Virus record (IMG/VR): IMGVR_UViG_3300047472_000449 | Reading direction: 5' to 3' (one strand) | Origin: a virus | DNA: 64,000 nt | Shown: piece by piece, positions 9,201-16,643 of the stretch | How the letters are laid out: every line of letters starts with the position of its first letter | Position numbering within the stretch: the stretch's first letter is position 1 | Translations under genes and position numbers: made by a program | Notes under the pieces: generated by a model | The model's database searches: none | What the model was told of the DNA's origin: nothing | Seen by the model: the letters and a program-made list of their open reading frames with translations, nothing else

Positions 9201-9411
9201 AGGGTGACCAGTTTGAGCATCCGTATTTATCGCCCACATCCTCCCAGTTATCTTCATATTTTGTCGTCACCGTCCAGTTGGGCGGTAACTCCGAAGAGAC
9301 TAGTGTGTAATTGTAGCGCAGTTTGGAGGGTGATTCGATTGAAGCTGCTGCATGAACACCTGTGGCGGTGGTAGCCATAAGGAGTGCAAGGTGTAACGCG
9401 TGTTTCTTCAT
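6241..9411 (-). CDS. large secreted repeat protein with 11 TSR-like modules (1056 aa), putative adhesin
   Basis: Sec signal peptide; 11 C-x-x-(W/Y)-(S/T/A)-P repeats in alternating A/B types. Confidence 0.85.
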   Translation of the reverse strand: MKKHALHLALLMATTATGVHAAASIESPSKLRYNYTLVSSELPPNWTVTTKYEDNWEDVGDKYGCSNWSPSTSTQGKGVAFIQTATDCHQDQEKGAQNYSVNNITHEEVKDGPRYTIKQTVTVSSTRDAIGILENWLGITPTYTSWIDTNPLYGCTAWSPNPSTFTTTSNFTQTSTTCKTDQERQRQEREQEKFTSEIRDSGGPITEQQTKTGQTATRPYSVALGGWTAVGETYACTNWSPAVTTIGKGIKFTQNATDCKLDQTRSRAESFKDHQTNQIVQVAKPNENRTLTSQASSQESTGTLEQWMATTPTYTAWVDTSAKNACTNWAPNPVIKTSTSTFTQTATNCTTDQARTRQDREMEQNTSEIRNKGVPVAEAQTLTGQSASRSYTVTLGAWADNGAKYACVNWSPAPATVTIGQSFTQTATDCKQDQKRPRAESYVDHKTGSVVAAGNTVESQTLSNQTSTQTATGTKETWMATTPTYTAWTTTNGQYACSNWSPAGSSKTATGSFTQTATDCKTDQTRNRQDREQETTTLAIRDKGSVVGEAQTLTAQSATRTYTVTLGSWTNNGAKYACSNWSPSPTTVTVGQAFTQTATDCKQDQTRTRAESYVDHKTGSTVPVTVAGEAQTLTGQTSTQGATGVKETWVATTPSYTAWANVAAPYNCSNWTPLPSSFTERTQFTQTATNCTADQTRSKQNRETETTTNAIRNSGSPVVETQTVAGQTNTRTYLEDFNAWAWNGDAYNCTNWSPDPATVTVGTGFTQTATNCSRNQQRGRLGYILVNGNFLQDPESTYRSEGRVIASQSSTRAATGTKETWAATTPTYTAWANSSGLYSCGAYSPDPSAYTVPTQFTQTAYCYVNQSRNRQDRQYETTTGAIRNVGAPVAESQTIGGQPAYRTYLMDFNAWAWAGDYYSCSGWSPDPSTYDSGVAFTQTAYCYRNQQRGAAGYIYNGGWVPDPAVPYRTETVAYSGQPIYNTAYGTRPTTVCRYDANNKWGFVQMMDHVTVLNMVMWDGVQFQAGLANQVTSYTYNGVVYKRGAMVSTNLYQVCRG

Positions 9412-9682
9412 GGCGCACCTTTTGCGGTTAATGATAACTATTAATTCAATAATAATATCATGTAATCATTGGGTTTTCATGAATCAACATCGTTATTTTA
9501 TGCTTGCTGGACAATAACTGCCTTATTTTAATCTCCGCTTAATAATTAGCAGGGCATGTGATTGCGTTCTTTTAAAACTTGTTTGCTGCACATCTGATTA
9601 ACCAGCCAGGAGGCTGAAAGTTCCAGTCGGTGGTTAGTCTCCCTCTACCTTGATAAGCCTGTGGACACTAACTCGCGCCCAT

Positions 9683-9714
9683 AAAAAAGCCCCACTCATC
9701 GGCGGGGCTTTTTT
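9683..9714. terminator. intrinsic terminator
   Basis: AAAAAAGCCCC...GGGGCTTTTTT. Confidence 0.75.
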
Positions 9715-9726
9715 GTTTGTTGCGTA

Positions 9727-10272
9727 TTAATGCGTGGCGGCAACATTCGTCGAGTTGACGACTTCCTTGTACGCCACCTCGGTGCGCGACGGAGGCGAGC
9801 TTTGGGTCATCCCACCGCACAGGGAACCGGCTTTTTCCAGTTCTTGCACAGGATGGCGAACATAGGACTCGTAGCGGCTCAGGCATTCAGTCTTGGTGCC
9901 AGCCAGATACAGGCGCTTTTGCTCAAGCTCACGGCTGCTGACACCACGACAGATGAAGTAGAAGCTCTGGTCGCCCTTCTTCACGACCGCCACGCTTGGG
10001 CTTTTGCCGTAGTTCGGCGCTTGACCCAGCACCGTGCAGGGTGCTGTTTCAGCGGTAAAGTCGTAGTCGGCCAGTTTTTTTGGCGAGCCGTCAGCCTTGA
10101 AGTCCGATGGCTTGATCAGGGTGCCCAGGTAGATCTTGCCATCCGCATTGACGGTCTGAGCGGTCGGTGCAGTATCGACGTATTGCGGGATGCCTTCGCG
10201 AGGCCCCGAGGCGCAACCCGAGAGGAAAGCGGCAGCGGCCAGAGCAGCAAACAGAAGACCAGTACGTTTCAT
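9727..10272 (-). CDS. lipoprotein (181 aa), copy 1
   Basis: Lipobox LSG-C; near-identical to 10440-10985. Confidence 0.85.
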   Translation of the reverse strand: MKRTGLLFAALAAAAFLSGCASGPREGIPQYVDTAPTAQTVNADGKIYLGTLIKPSDFKADGSPKKLADYDFTAETAPCTVLGQAPNYGKSPSVAVVKKGDQSFYFICRGVSSRELEQKRLYLAGTKTECLSRYESYVRHPVQELEKAGSLCGGMTQSSPPSRTEVAYKEVVNSTNVAATH

Positions 10273-10314
10273 TGTCATTTCCTTGCGGGGGTTGTTTTCT
10301 GTGTTTGTAGGAAT

Positions 10315-10353
10315 ATTATAGTGATACTCAGGTCTAATGTCAATACAAATGAC
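10315..10353 (-). promoter_or_regulatory. sigma70 promoter + operator
   Basis: TTGACA-17-TATAAT; GTCAATACAAATGAC 10339-10353. Confidence 0.85.
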
Positions 10354-10398
10354 GATGGCAGCCAATAATATCACTCGAATTAACTGCGTTTTGATCGC

Positions 10399-10426
10399 AA
10401 AAAACCCCGCAATTGCGGGGCCTTTT
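10399..10426. terminator. intrinsic terminator
   Basis: AAAAAACCCCGC-AATT-GCGGGG. Confidence 0.75.
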
Positions 10427-10439
10427 GAGTATCTGCCGA

Positions 10440-10985
10440 TTAGCGCGTGGTGGTGGCGATGTTCGTCGAGCCGACGACTTCCTTGTACGCCACTTCAGTG
10501 CGCGACGGTGGCGAGCTTTGGGTCATGCCGCCGCACAGGGAACCGGCTTTTTCCAGTGCCTGCTCAGGGTGGCGGACGTAAGATTCGTAACGGCTCAGGC
10601 ATTCAGGCTTGGTGCCTGCCATGTAAAGGCGTTTCTGTTCCACATCACGGCTGCTGACGCCACGACAGATGAAGTAGAAGGTCTTGTCGCCCTTCTGCAC
10701 TGCGGCCACACTTGGGCTCTTGCCGTAGTTCGGCGCTTGACCCAGTACGGTGCAAGGTGCGGTTTCGGTGGTGAAGTCGTAGTCGGCCAGCGCTTTGGGC
10801 GAACCGTCAGCCTTGAAGTCCGATGGCTTGATCAGGGTGCCCAGGTAGATCTTGCCGTCTGCATTGACGGTTTGGGCGGTCGGAGCCGCATCGACGTATT
10901 GCGGGATGCCTTCGCGAGGGCCGGAGGCGCAGCCTGCGAGCAGAGAAACAGCCAGAGCAGCGAACAGAAGACAGGTACGTTTCAT
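10440..10985 (-). CDS. lipoprotein (181 aa), copy 2
   Basis: Lipobox LAG-C; tandem duplicate of 9727-10272. Confidence 0.85.
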   Translation of the reverse strand: MKRTCLLFAALAVSLLAGCASGPREGIPQYVDAAPTAQTVNADGKIYLGTLIKPSDFKADGSPKALADYDFTTETAPCTVLGQAPNYGKSPSVAAVQKGDKTFYFICRGVSSRDVEQKRLYMAGTKPECLSRYESYVRHPEQALEKAGSLCGGMTQSSPPSRTEVAYKEVVGSTNIATTTR

Positions 10986-11027
10986 GCGTCGTTTCCTTTC
11001 GGGGATGATTGCTGTGTTGTTGTGCCT

Positions 11028-11066
11028 AGTATAGCGATCTGCCATCACGCTGTCAATACCAGTGAC
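11028..11066 (-). promoter_or_regulatory. sigma70 promoter + operator
   Basis: TTGACA-17-TATACT; GTCAATACCAGTGAC 11052-11066. Confidence 0.85.
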
Positions 11067-11127
11067 AAATTTTTTAGAGGCATGCAACTGCATTACCCCC
11101 TGCTACAGTGGCTTGCGCATTGCGTTG

Positions 11128-11313
11128 TTAGCGCTTGCAGCGGCTCAGCTGAGCCTGCAACTTGCGCATCTGGTGTTGTTGAGTGATGCGCCGCTCAGCC
11201 TTGCTCGGGACATTTTTAGGGACAATGCTGGTCAACCATTGCGTTTTATCAATCGAAGCGACAATGCGGATACAGTTGTTTTGATAGAAATACATGACCT
11301 GCCCCCTTTCCAT
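11128..11313 (-). CDS. small hypothetical protein (~55-61 aa)
   Basis: Co-oriented ORF filling an operon gap; start uncertain. Confidence 0.45.
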   Translation of the reverse strand: MERGQVMYFYQNNCIRIVASIDKTQWLTSIVPKNVPSKAERRITQQHQMRKLQAQLSRCKR

Positions 11314-11350
11314 GAGTCAGATGCAGCCACCGCGAACGGTGGCTACGGCC

Positions 11351-11578
11351 TTAAACGGTGACGTTATAAGTGCGGTCGCCTGCCGGGATGCCTTGTTCAC
11401 GAAAAACCTGAATGGCAGCCTGCATGTCCTCAGGCGATTCAGCCTGGACGCAGTACCACGGGCCTTCATGGTAATGCGACAGCCCCAGGGTTCTGATGAC
11501 CTTGAGCGCCGCGTCGGTTTGACTCACCAGAAAACGGCGTTTAGCGATTTCAACTTCACGTGCGGTATGCGGATGCAT
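11351..11578 (-). CDS. hypothetical protein (75 aa)
   Basis: GAGG RBS before ATG at 11578, just after the stop of the upstream gene. Confidence 0.6.
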   Translation of the reverse strand: MHPHTAREVEIAKRRFLVSQTDAALKVIRTLGLSHYHEGPWYCVQAESPEDMQAAIQVFREQGIPAGDRTYNVTV

Positions 11579-11588
11579 CCAGGAATCC

Positions 11589-11981
11589 TCAGGCAGTTTT
11601 GAGTTGATGAACAACGCCAGTATCTGGGTAAAGTCCATACCCTTCAGCTTGTTCAGCCACGTTCCACAGGTAGTAACCATGTACGATACTTCCGTCTTTG
11701 TTGGTGCAATCCGCTCGCTTGGCGAGCGAAGGGGCCAGCAGCACTCGGCGCCAATCCTTCACCCACTCCCCGTCTTGCAGCACGACAAAATGCTTGCGGT
11801 TGTGGCGAATGTCCAGCGTGCAGAACTCTTGAATCGCCGCGTTCCAGGCGGCATCGTTGCCAATGCCTGCATCGTCCGGGAACTTGACCTTGGTGCTGCG
11901 GATGTCGAACACCGCCGTGCCGGAGACAGGAACGCCCAGTGGTGTTTGATGAATCGTGAATTTGACGTGTGCAGTTCTCAT
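11589..11981 (-). CDS. hypothetical protein (130 aa)
   Basis: Co-oriented ORF. Confidence 0.65.
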   Translation of the reverse strand: MRTAHVKFTIHQTPLGVPVSGTAVFDIRSTKVKFPDDAGIGNDAAWNAAIQEFCTLDIRHNRKHFVVLQDGEWVKDWRRVLLAPSLAKRADCTNKDGSIVHGYYLWNVAEQAEGYGLYPDTGVVHQLKTA

Positions 11982-12017
11982 ACGACCATGGGCCTTCCGA
12001 GCAGGGTGCGCCGATCC

Positions 12018-12311
12018 TTAATTGGATTTTTCGGTGCAGCTGTATTTGATGGAACCTTTGGTTTCGCCCAAGGCGAAAATGGTGACGCCGCCGTTGGCTG
12101 TGTAAATGCGCATTTCTTTCTTTGGATCGTTCAGTTCCATGAGATTCTTGATTTCGTCCATGCAGACGGTCATCGAGTTCATGGTGCGACTGTCGATTTG
12201 CGGCGCGCTTTTTGAACTGCCAGCACTGCTGACGTTCACCGGCATTGAGTATTCAGTGGTCAGGGTTGCCGAAGCACTTGGAGGTGGCATGCCGACAGCG
12301 TACATTCGCAA
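12018..12311 (-). CDS. hypothetical protein (97 aa)
   Basis: Downstream of promoter 12353-12391. Confidence 0.65.
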   Translation of the reverse strand: MRMYAVGMPPPSASATLTTEYSMPVNVSSAGSSKSAPQIDSRTMNSMTVCMDEIKNLMELNDPKKEMRIYTANGGVTIFALGETKGSIKYSCTEKSN

Positions 12312-12352
12312 ATTCCTAGCAATTGACGAGATAATGCTTTGTTTGAGCCACT

Positions 12353-12391
12353 ATTATATCGACCGACTGCTTATTTGTCAATCACAATTAC
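12353..12391 (-). promoter_or_regulatory. sigma70 promoter + variant operator
   Basis: TTGACA-17-TATAAT; GTCAATCACAATTAC. Confidence 0.75.
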
Positions 12392-12408
12392 ACAAGCATT
12401 TATTTAAC

Positions 12409-12431
12409 AAAAAAGGGCCGTGAGGCCCTTT
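12409..12431. terminator. intrinsic terminator
   Basis: AAAAAAGGGCC-GTGA-GGCCCTTT. Confidence 0.75.
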
Positions 12432-12450
12432 CCGTGTGCGATTCCGGTGA

Positions 12451-12780
12451 TCAGTTGTACAGACCTTCATGGCCCGTCACGTACACGCCGGAGTATGTGT
12501 AATCGACGAAATCGCCCTCTTCGTCATCGTCATTCGACAGCGAGACGACTTCGCCGTTTTCGATGCGATAGCACTCGCTCAGGCCTTCGAAGCAGCCGCT
12601 GCCGACAACCTTGTCCATCACATCGTCGATGGTGGGGAACTCAGCCTTGAATTTCTCCCACGTGCCCGCTGCCCGGTAGGCGTAGGTGGCGTAATCATCC
12701 ACGGCAAGGATGCCGCACAGGATTTCATCGCTACCGCGAACCTTGAATTCGATCAGGCTGATGTCGAGATTGTTGGACAT
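12451..12780 (-). CDS. acidic small protein (109 aa), paralogue of 13608-13970
   Basis: Shares G(I)xAVDD..FKxxFPT..YxxENGxV with 13608; own promoter and terminator. Confidence 0.8.
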   Translation of the reverse strand: MSNNLDISLIEFKVRGSDEILCGILAVDDYATYAYRAAGTWEKFKAEFPTIDDVMDKVVGSGCFEGLSECYRIENGEVVSLSNDDDEEGDFVDYTYSGVYVTGHEGLYN

Positions 12781-12815
12781 GGGTGAAGCTCCGAGCTGCT
12801 GTGTGTATGGTAAAT

Positions 12816-12854
12816 ATTATACATAGCCACGCCAGCAATGTCAATACAAATGAC
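12816..12854 (-). promoter_or_regulatory. sigma70 promoter + operator
   Basis: TTGACA-17-TATAAT; GTCAATACAAATGAC 12840-12854. Confidence 0.85.
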
Positions 12855-12896
12855 ATTGCAGGCGAATTAAATCAGTGCCAGTTTTCTTGATTTGGG

Positions 12897-13223
12897 TTAG
12901 AGGCTGCGCGGGATACCGGCAGATTCTTCAGCTTGCCCAATCATTTCTTGTGTCACGCTGCGTGCGGCAATCATCATGACGCTGAAGCTGGAAATATCGA
13001 GTGCGCCAATTTCGCCGTTTGCCAGCTTCTCTTCCAGCACATCGGCACCCCGGCGAATGACGTTCACCAGCGGATCGGGTACGTAGTTGTTTTCTGCATC
13101 GAAAACCTCCTGCGTACGGGCCAGTTCGATATAGATACTTTTCATGCCACCGCCAGCCAGTGCCCCGGTGACGTTTACTTCGGCCTTGTAATGGTGTTCG
13201 TGGCGATGATTATTAACTTCCAT
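12897..13223 (-). CDS. hypothetical protein (108 aa)
   Basis: Co-oriented ORF. Confidence 0.65.
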   Translation of the reverse strand: MEVNNHRHEHHYKAEVNVTGALAGGGMKSIYIELARTQEVFDAENNYVPDPLVNVIRRGADVLEEKLANGEIGALDISSFSVMMIAARSVTQEMIGQAEESAGIPRSL

Positions 13224-13333
13224 GGTAAGCCTTAATTAATGTGATGTATGTTCAGGCGCACCACGGTGCCTTGGCGGGTCTTGGAACCTTGCCAAGGCAA
13301 CCGAGGTTAGGTGTGCCTGGAGTCCTTGGGTCA

Positions 13334-13582
13334 CTACCAGAAGCGCGACGACTGCGGCTTCTGGCAGTCTTTCGGAGGCGCCATTTTGCCGCCATCGTCG
13401 ATTTCGGCGCCGCCTGGGTTCGAAAAGTTGTTGTACAGGTATTCGTCGGCCTGCTCTTGCGAATCAAACGGCCCGTACCACGTGCAGTCGATTTCGTTCC
13501 AGTCATGCTCATCGTTACCCAGCTGCATGTACCACTTGCCATCGGTGGCCAGACCAAAAAAGCACTGTCGAGAAACGCTCAT
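13334..13582 (-). CDS. acidic small protein (82 aa)
   Basis: Co-oriented ORF. Confidence 0.7.
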   Translation of the reverse strand: MSVSRQCFFGLATDGKWYMQLGNDEHDWNEIDCTWYGPFDSQEQADEYLYNNFSNPGGAEIDDGGKMAPPKDCQKPQSSRFW

Positions 13583-13607
13583 GATGACAACCCTTCAAAC
13601 CGGTGGG

Positions 13608-13970
13608 TCAATTGGCAACGTCAGTTGCCGTATAGATTTCGCTGCCGGAAACGATGACTTCGGCGTAGGTATTGTTCGGGTCATCGCTCATGATGACTGC
13701 CCCGTTCTCAACGGTGTATTCACCGAACTCACCCATCCCGAACTCCACGTCTTTGAGAATCGACTGGAGGGTTGGGAACTGTTTTTTGAACGCTTCGATG
13801 CTGAGCCAGCCGGTGTTGACGTAGCAGCGGCCATTGTCATCCACCGCAACGATGCCGTATTGAACATCGTTTTTGCCGATGATTTTTTTCTCGATCAGGT
13901 CGATATGAAGTTCGCAGTCTGTGCGCTCATCATCGGTATCACCTTGTTCAAATTCGAGGTCGTCAAGCAT
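13608..13970 (-). CDS. acidic small protein (120 aa), paralogue of 12451-12780
   Basis: ATG at 13970 downstream of promoter 14008-14046. Confidence 0.75.
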   Translation of the reverse strand: MLDDLEFEQGDTDDERTDCELHIDLIEKKIIGKNDVQYGIVAVDDNGRCYVNTGWLSIEAFKKQFPTLQSILKDVEFGMGEFGEYTVENGAVIMSDDPNNTYAEVIVSGSEIYTATDVAN

Positions 13971-14007
13971 ACGATGCTCCGGTGTTAATGTGATGGTGTA
14001 GGCTTGT

Positions 14008-14046
14008 ATTATGAACACAAAATCCGATATTGTCAATATAAATGAC
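14008..14046 (-). promoter_or_regulatory. sigma70 promoter + operator
   Basis: TTGACA-17-CATAAT; GTCAATATAAATGAC 14032-14046. Confidence 0.8.
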
Positions 14047-14057
14047 AATCATCAGGT

Positions 14058-14312
14058 TTAATGGCTTCCGTGCTCGCCTTCTTTTTTGGGTACAAAATAT
14101 TCGTCAGTCTCGAAATCGACGCGAGTGTTGATTGCGTTCAGGATGGCCTCTTCCAGGCTCTGACCCGTCGCGTCACACCAGCCAAAATCGCTCACATACC
14201 AGACCACACGATGCTGTTTGTAAGTGCCGTCCTTATTGAAATCGGTCTTGGCGCTGGCACCATTTTTACGGTCGTTGAGCCAGTCCCAGCACTGTTGCAT
14301 ATTCTCGCTCAT
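14058..14312 (-). CDS. hypothetical protein (84 aa)
   Basis: Downstream of promoter 14345-14383. Confidence 0.7.
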   Translation of the reverse strand: MSENMQQCWDWLNDRKNGASAKTDFNKDGTYKQHRVVWYVSDFGWCDATGQSLEEAILNAINTRVDFETDEYFVPKKEGEHGSH

Positions 14313-14344
14313 GGCAGTTTCTTTCTTTGCTTTGGTAGGTGGTC

Positions 14345-14383
14345 AGTATAAACAAAAACACCGCAAAAGTCAATGCTATTGAC
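14345..14383 (-). promoter_or_regulatory. sigma70 promoter + operator
   Basis: TTGACT-17-TATACT; GTCAATGCTATTGAC 14369-14383. Confidence 0.85.
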
Positions 14384-14434
14384 GATTGCGGTGTCAAATT
14401 CCTGGCCGGTCACCTGCTCGCGCAGGGCGATGGC

Positions 14435-15016
14435 TTAAGGCAGTGTGGGGGTAAACTCGAAGCGGCTGGCGGCTTTGGTGTCGGTGAAACTGTCGGCCAC
14501 TCGCTTACCGGTGAAGGTGCGGTTGACCAGAGAACCAAACACGGTCTGAATCGAGTTGTTGAATTCTTCGACGCTGGCGTTATAGATCTGGATTGCCGCG
14601 CCGACATTTTCTTCCTGCTCGACAATTTCGCGCATCAGGTTGGTCAGGATCTTCGACGCTTCAAGGTTGGGATAGGCTTCAAGTGCCACTCGTAGTCCGC
14701 CCAGCAGCTGTTGGGTGCCCGATTTGGCAGCGGCAAGGCTTGCATGGTCGGCATCGGCAGGCAGGTCGCTGAGCTGGCTGCGCAAGCTGGTGATCGACTT
14801 GAGCAAGCCGCTCTCGTACTCGTAGTAGCTTTTCACGTGCGGCACCAGTTGATCCAGAATATTGGTTTTCTGGCGCTCGTAGGTGATGACGTTGGCCCAC
14901 GCACGGCGAATGCGGTTGGCGTTGGCGATGATGCCGTTATGGATCATGATAACGGCGACACCGATAATAAACACAATGAACAGGCCGATAACAAGCGGCA
15001 CTTGGTATGATTGCAT
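14435..15016 (-). CDS. lemA: LemA family protein
   Basis: N-terminal TM, N..I...N.I.RAWANV, EAYPNLEAS, and YNASV..FN motifs typical of LemA. Confidence 0.9.
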   Translation of the reverse strand: MQSYQVPLVIGLFIVFIIGVAVIMIHNGIIANANRIRRAWANVITYERQKTNILDQLVPHVKSYYEYESGLLKSITSLRSQLSDLPADADHASLAAAKSGTQQLLGGLRVALEAYPNLEASKILTNLMREIVEQEENVGAAIQIYNASVEEFNNSIQTVFGSLVNRTFTGKRVADSFTDTKAASRFEFTPTLP

Positions 15017-15030
15017 GATGGGTCTATTCC

Positions 15031-16083
15031 TTATCCGGTGATTGTTTGGGGTTCGGCAAAGTTGTCGTCGTGTTGCTCGGCCAACGTGTGAATCTGTTGC
15101 AGGGTGTACGTGAGTTTCGGCAAGTCGATTCCGGCTTCCAGCGCGCTGTAGAGCGGTTCAGGCTTAGAAAGCGCCAGCTGATTCGGGAATGGCTCCAGAA
15201 TATCGTCATTGTTGAAGCTCATGCAGAGCTGCCCCAGGTGCGAAAATTCCAGATTCAGATCGCCGTAATGCTTGGCCATTTCCAGCAAGTGCAGAATGGT
15301 GGTCGGTTTCAGGAACTTGACGCATTCCACTTCATTGGCGCCATTGGCGTCAAAGGTGCGGTTGAAGTCTTTGTGCGCAGTGTCCACCCGGTGCTTGAAC
15401 TCTTTCTGCCCATCGTTCTGGACTTTGATGTTCTTGACCCAAGGGAAATCAATCACCACGCAATGCCGGTAAAAGGTGTCATACACGGTACGGGTTTGTG
15501 TGCGCATGCCGCCTTTGCCGTCTGACACAAGGGTCGTTTCAATGCGCTGATTGACGTACTGAAACGTCTGGTACGTGTACGCCAGCGCATGCAGGGGGCC
15601 TTGGTAAACCCCTTGCAGGGCATAGGTGATTTCGCGGCTGTAGTTGCCCCGGTCAAAATCGCCAAAATCGCGCTGAAGCTGGTGCAGGATCTGGTCTTTG
15701 GACAGGGGGATGTTTTTAAGCCCGTAACGCATCAAAGCCGACCTTTGCAGAATACTGCCAGTCAGGTCGGGGATTTGCGCGCTTCGATAGATCATGAAAC
15801 CGAGGGTGCAGATCAGCATGACCGCGCCGAGGATCGCGCTGCCGAACATCAGTGCGGTGAGTTCTGGGCTCAACAGCCGTCCACTGCTGATGTTCATGAT
15901 CAGCGGCACGGTCAGCAGGGCGGAAAACAGGGCGAACAAGGCCGCTGGCGTATTGCTGTACTCCAGCGGCCCTTGGTGATCGCGAAACGATTTCACAACC
16001 GCCAGCAGGTCGGTTTGGGTGCAAGGCTGATCGAGCCGGTTCGTGGCGCTCTTGATCAGCGCGCTCAGGGTTTTGTTGCTCAT
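15031..16083 (-). CDS. membrane protein with two TM helices and a large soluble domain (DUF3137-like LemA partner)
   Basis: Two hydrophobic helices; immediately upstream of lemA; family call by recall. Confidence 0.65.
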   Translation of the reverse strand: MSNKTLSALIKSATNRLDQPCTQTDLLAVVKSFRDHQGPLEYSNTPAALFALFSALLTVPLIMNISSGRLLSPELTALMFGSAILGAVMLICTLGFMIYRSAQIPDLTGSILQRSALMRYGLKNIPLSKDQILHQLQRDFGDFDRGNYSREITYALQGVYQGPLHALAYTYQTFQYVNQRIETTLVSDGKGGMRTQTRTVYDTFYRHCVVIDFPWVKNIKVQNDGQKEFKHRVDTAHKDFNRTFDANGANEVECVKFLKPTTILHLLEMAKHYGDLNLEFSHLGQLCMSFNNDDILEPFPNQLALSKPEPLYSALEAGIDLPKLTYTLQQIHTLAEQHDDNFAEPQTITG

Positions 16084-16100
16084 CAGCCTTCGGTTCCCAA

Positions 16101-16583
16101 TCAGTTGGTGGAGAGCAGGCCGAGACCTTTCATGACGTTCAGCACTTCGCTTTCCGTCCACTTCGGCACGATGTTGTTGCCGCACAGGTTCTGCCACTCA
16201 TCGGCGGTCATCTTCTCGACAATGGGCAGCCAGACCGAGCGGTCGTCTTCACCGCAATGGGTGTAGACAAAAACGCCGTCATCCCATTCCATCGGTGCAT
16301 CATTCACCGCGAAGGCGATGGTTTCCGCCAGAATGAACAGACCGCCGCTCATCCAATCACACGGGATATCAGCGTGCTTGGCGTCCCACGAATCTGCGGG
16401 AAGTTCGTTTTGGTGGCGCACCTCGCCTTTACGCTTTGCTTGCAGCGAGTGCGAGTTCTGGTAAATCCCCTCGGCAATTTTGGCTTCCCAGAGAAACATC
16501 TGACGGGCAATGAAACCAGCGGTAATCGGATCTGCCGAGGTGAAAGTGTTTTTTGGGGTGGCAGCGACGGCGGCTTGGGTCAT
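16101..16583 (-). CDS. hypothetical protein (160 aa)
   Basis: GGAG RBS; promoter 16644-16682. Confidence 0.7.
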   Translation of the reverse strand: MTQAAVAATPKNTFTSADPITAGFIARQMFLWEAKIAEGIYQNSHSLQAKRKGEVRHQNELPADSWDAKHADIPCDWMSGGLFILAETIAFAVNDAPMEWDDGVFVYTHCGEDDRSVWLPIVEKMTADEWQNLCGNNIVPKWTESEVLNVMKGLGLLSTN

Positions 16584-16643
16584 GACAATCTCCAGCAATT
16601 GGCGAGAGAAACCGGATTGACCGGTTTCTGTTCCGAGAAGCAT

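Noticed and set aside
4368-9411. Regularly spaced repeats as a CRISPR array, DGR or shufflon
   Set aside because: Repeats are degenerate, in-frame coding modules. No identical direct repeats with unique spacers, reverse transcriptase, template repeat, invertase or sfx sites are visible.
13264-13304. Intergenic hairpin GCCTTGGC...GCCAAGGC as an ncRNA or riboswitch
   Set aside because: Single stem with no recognisable aptamer; could be an RNase-processing or pause hairpin; no further support.
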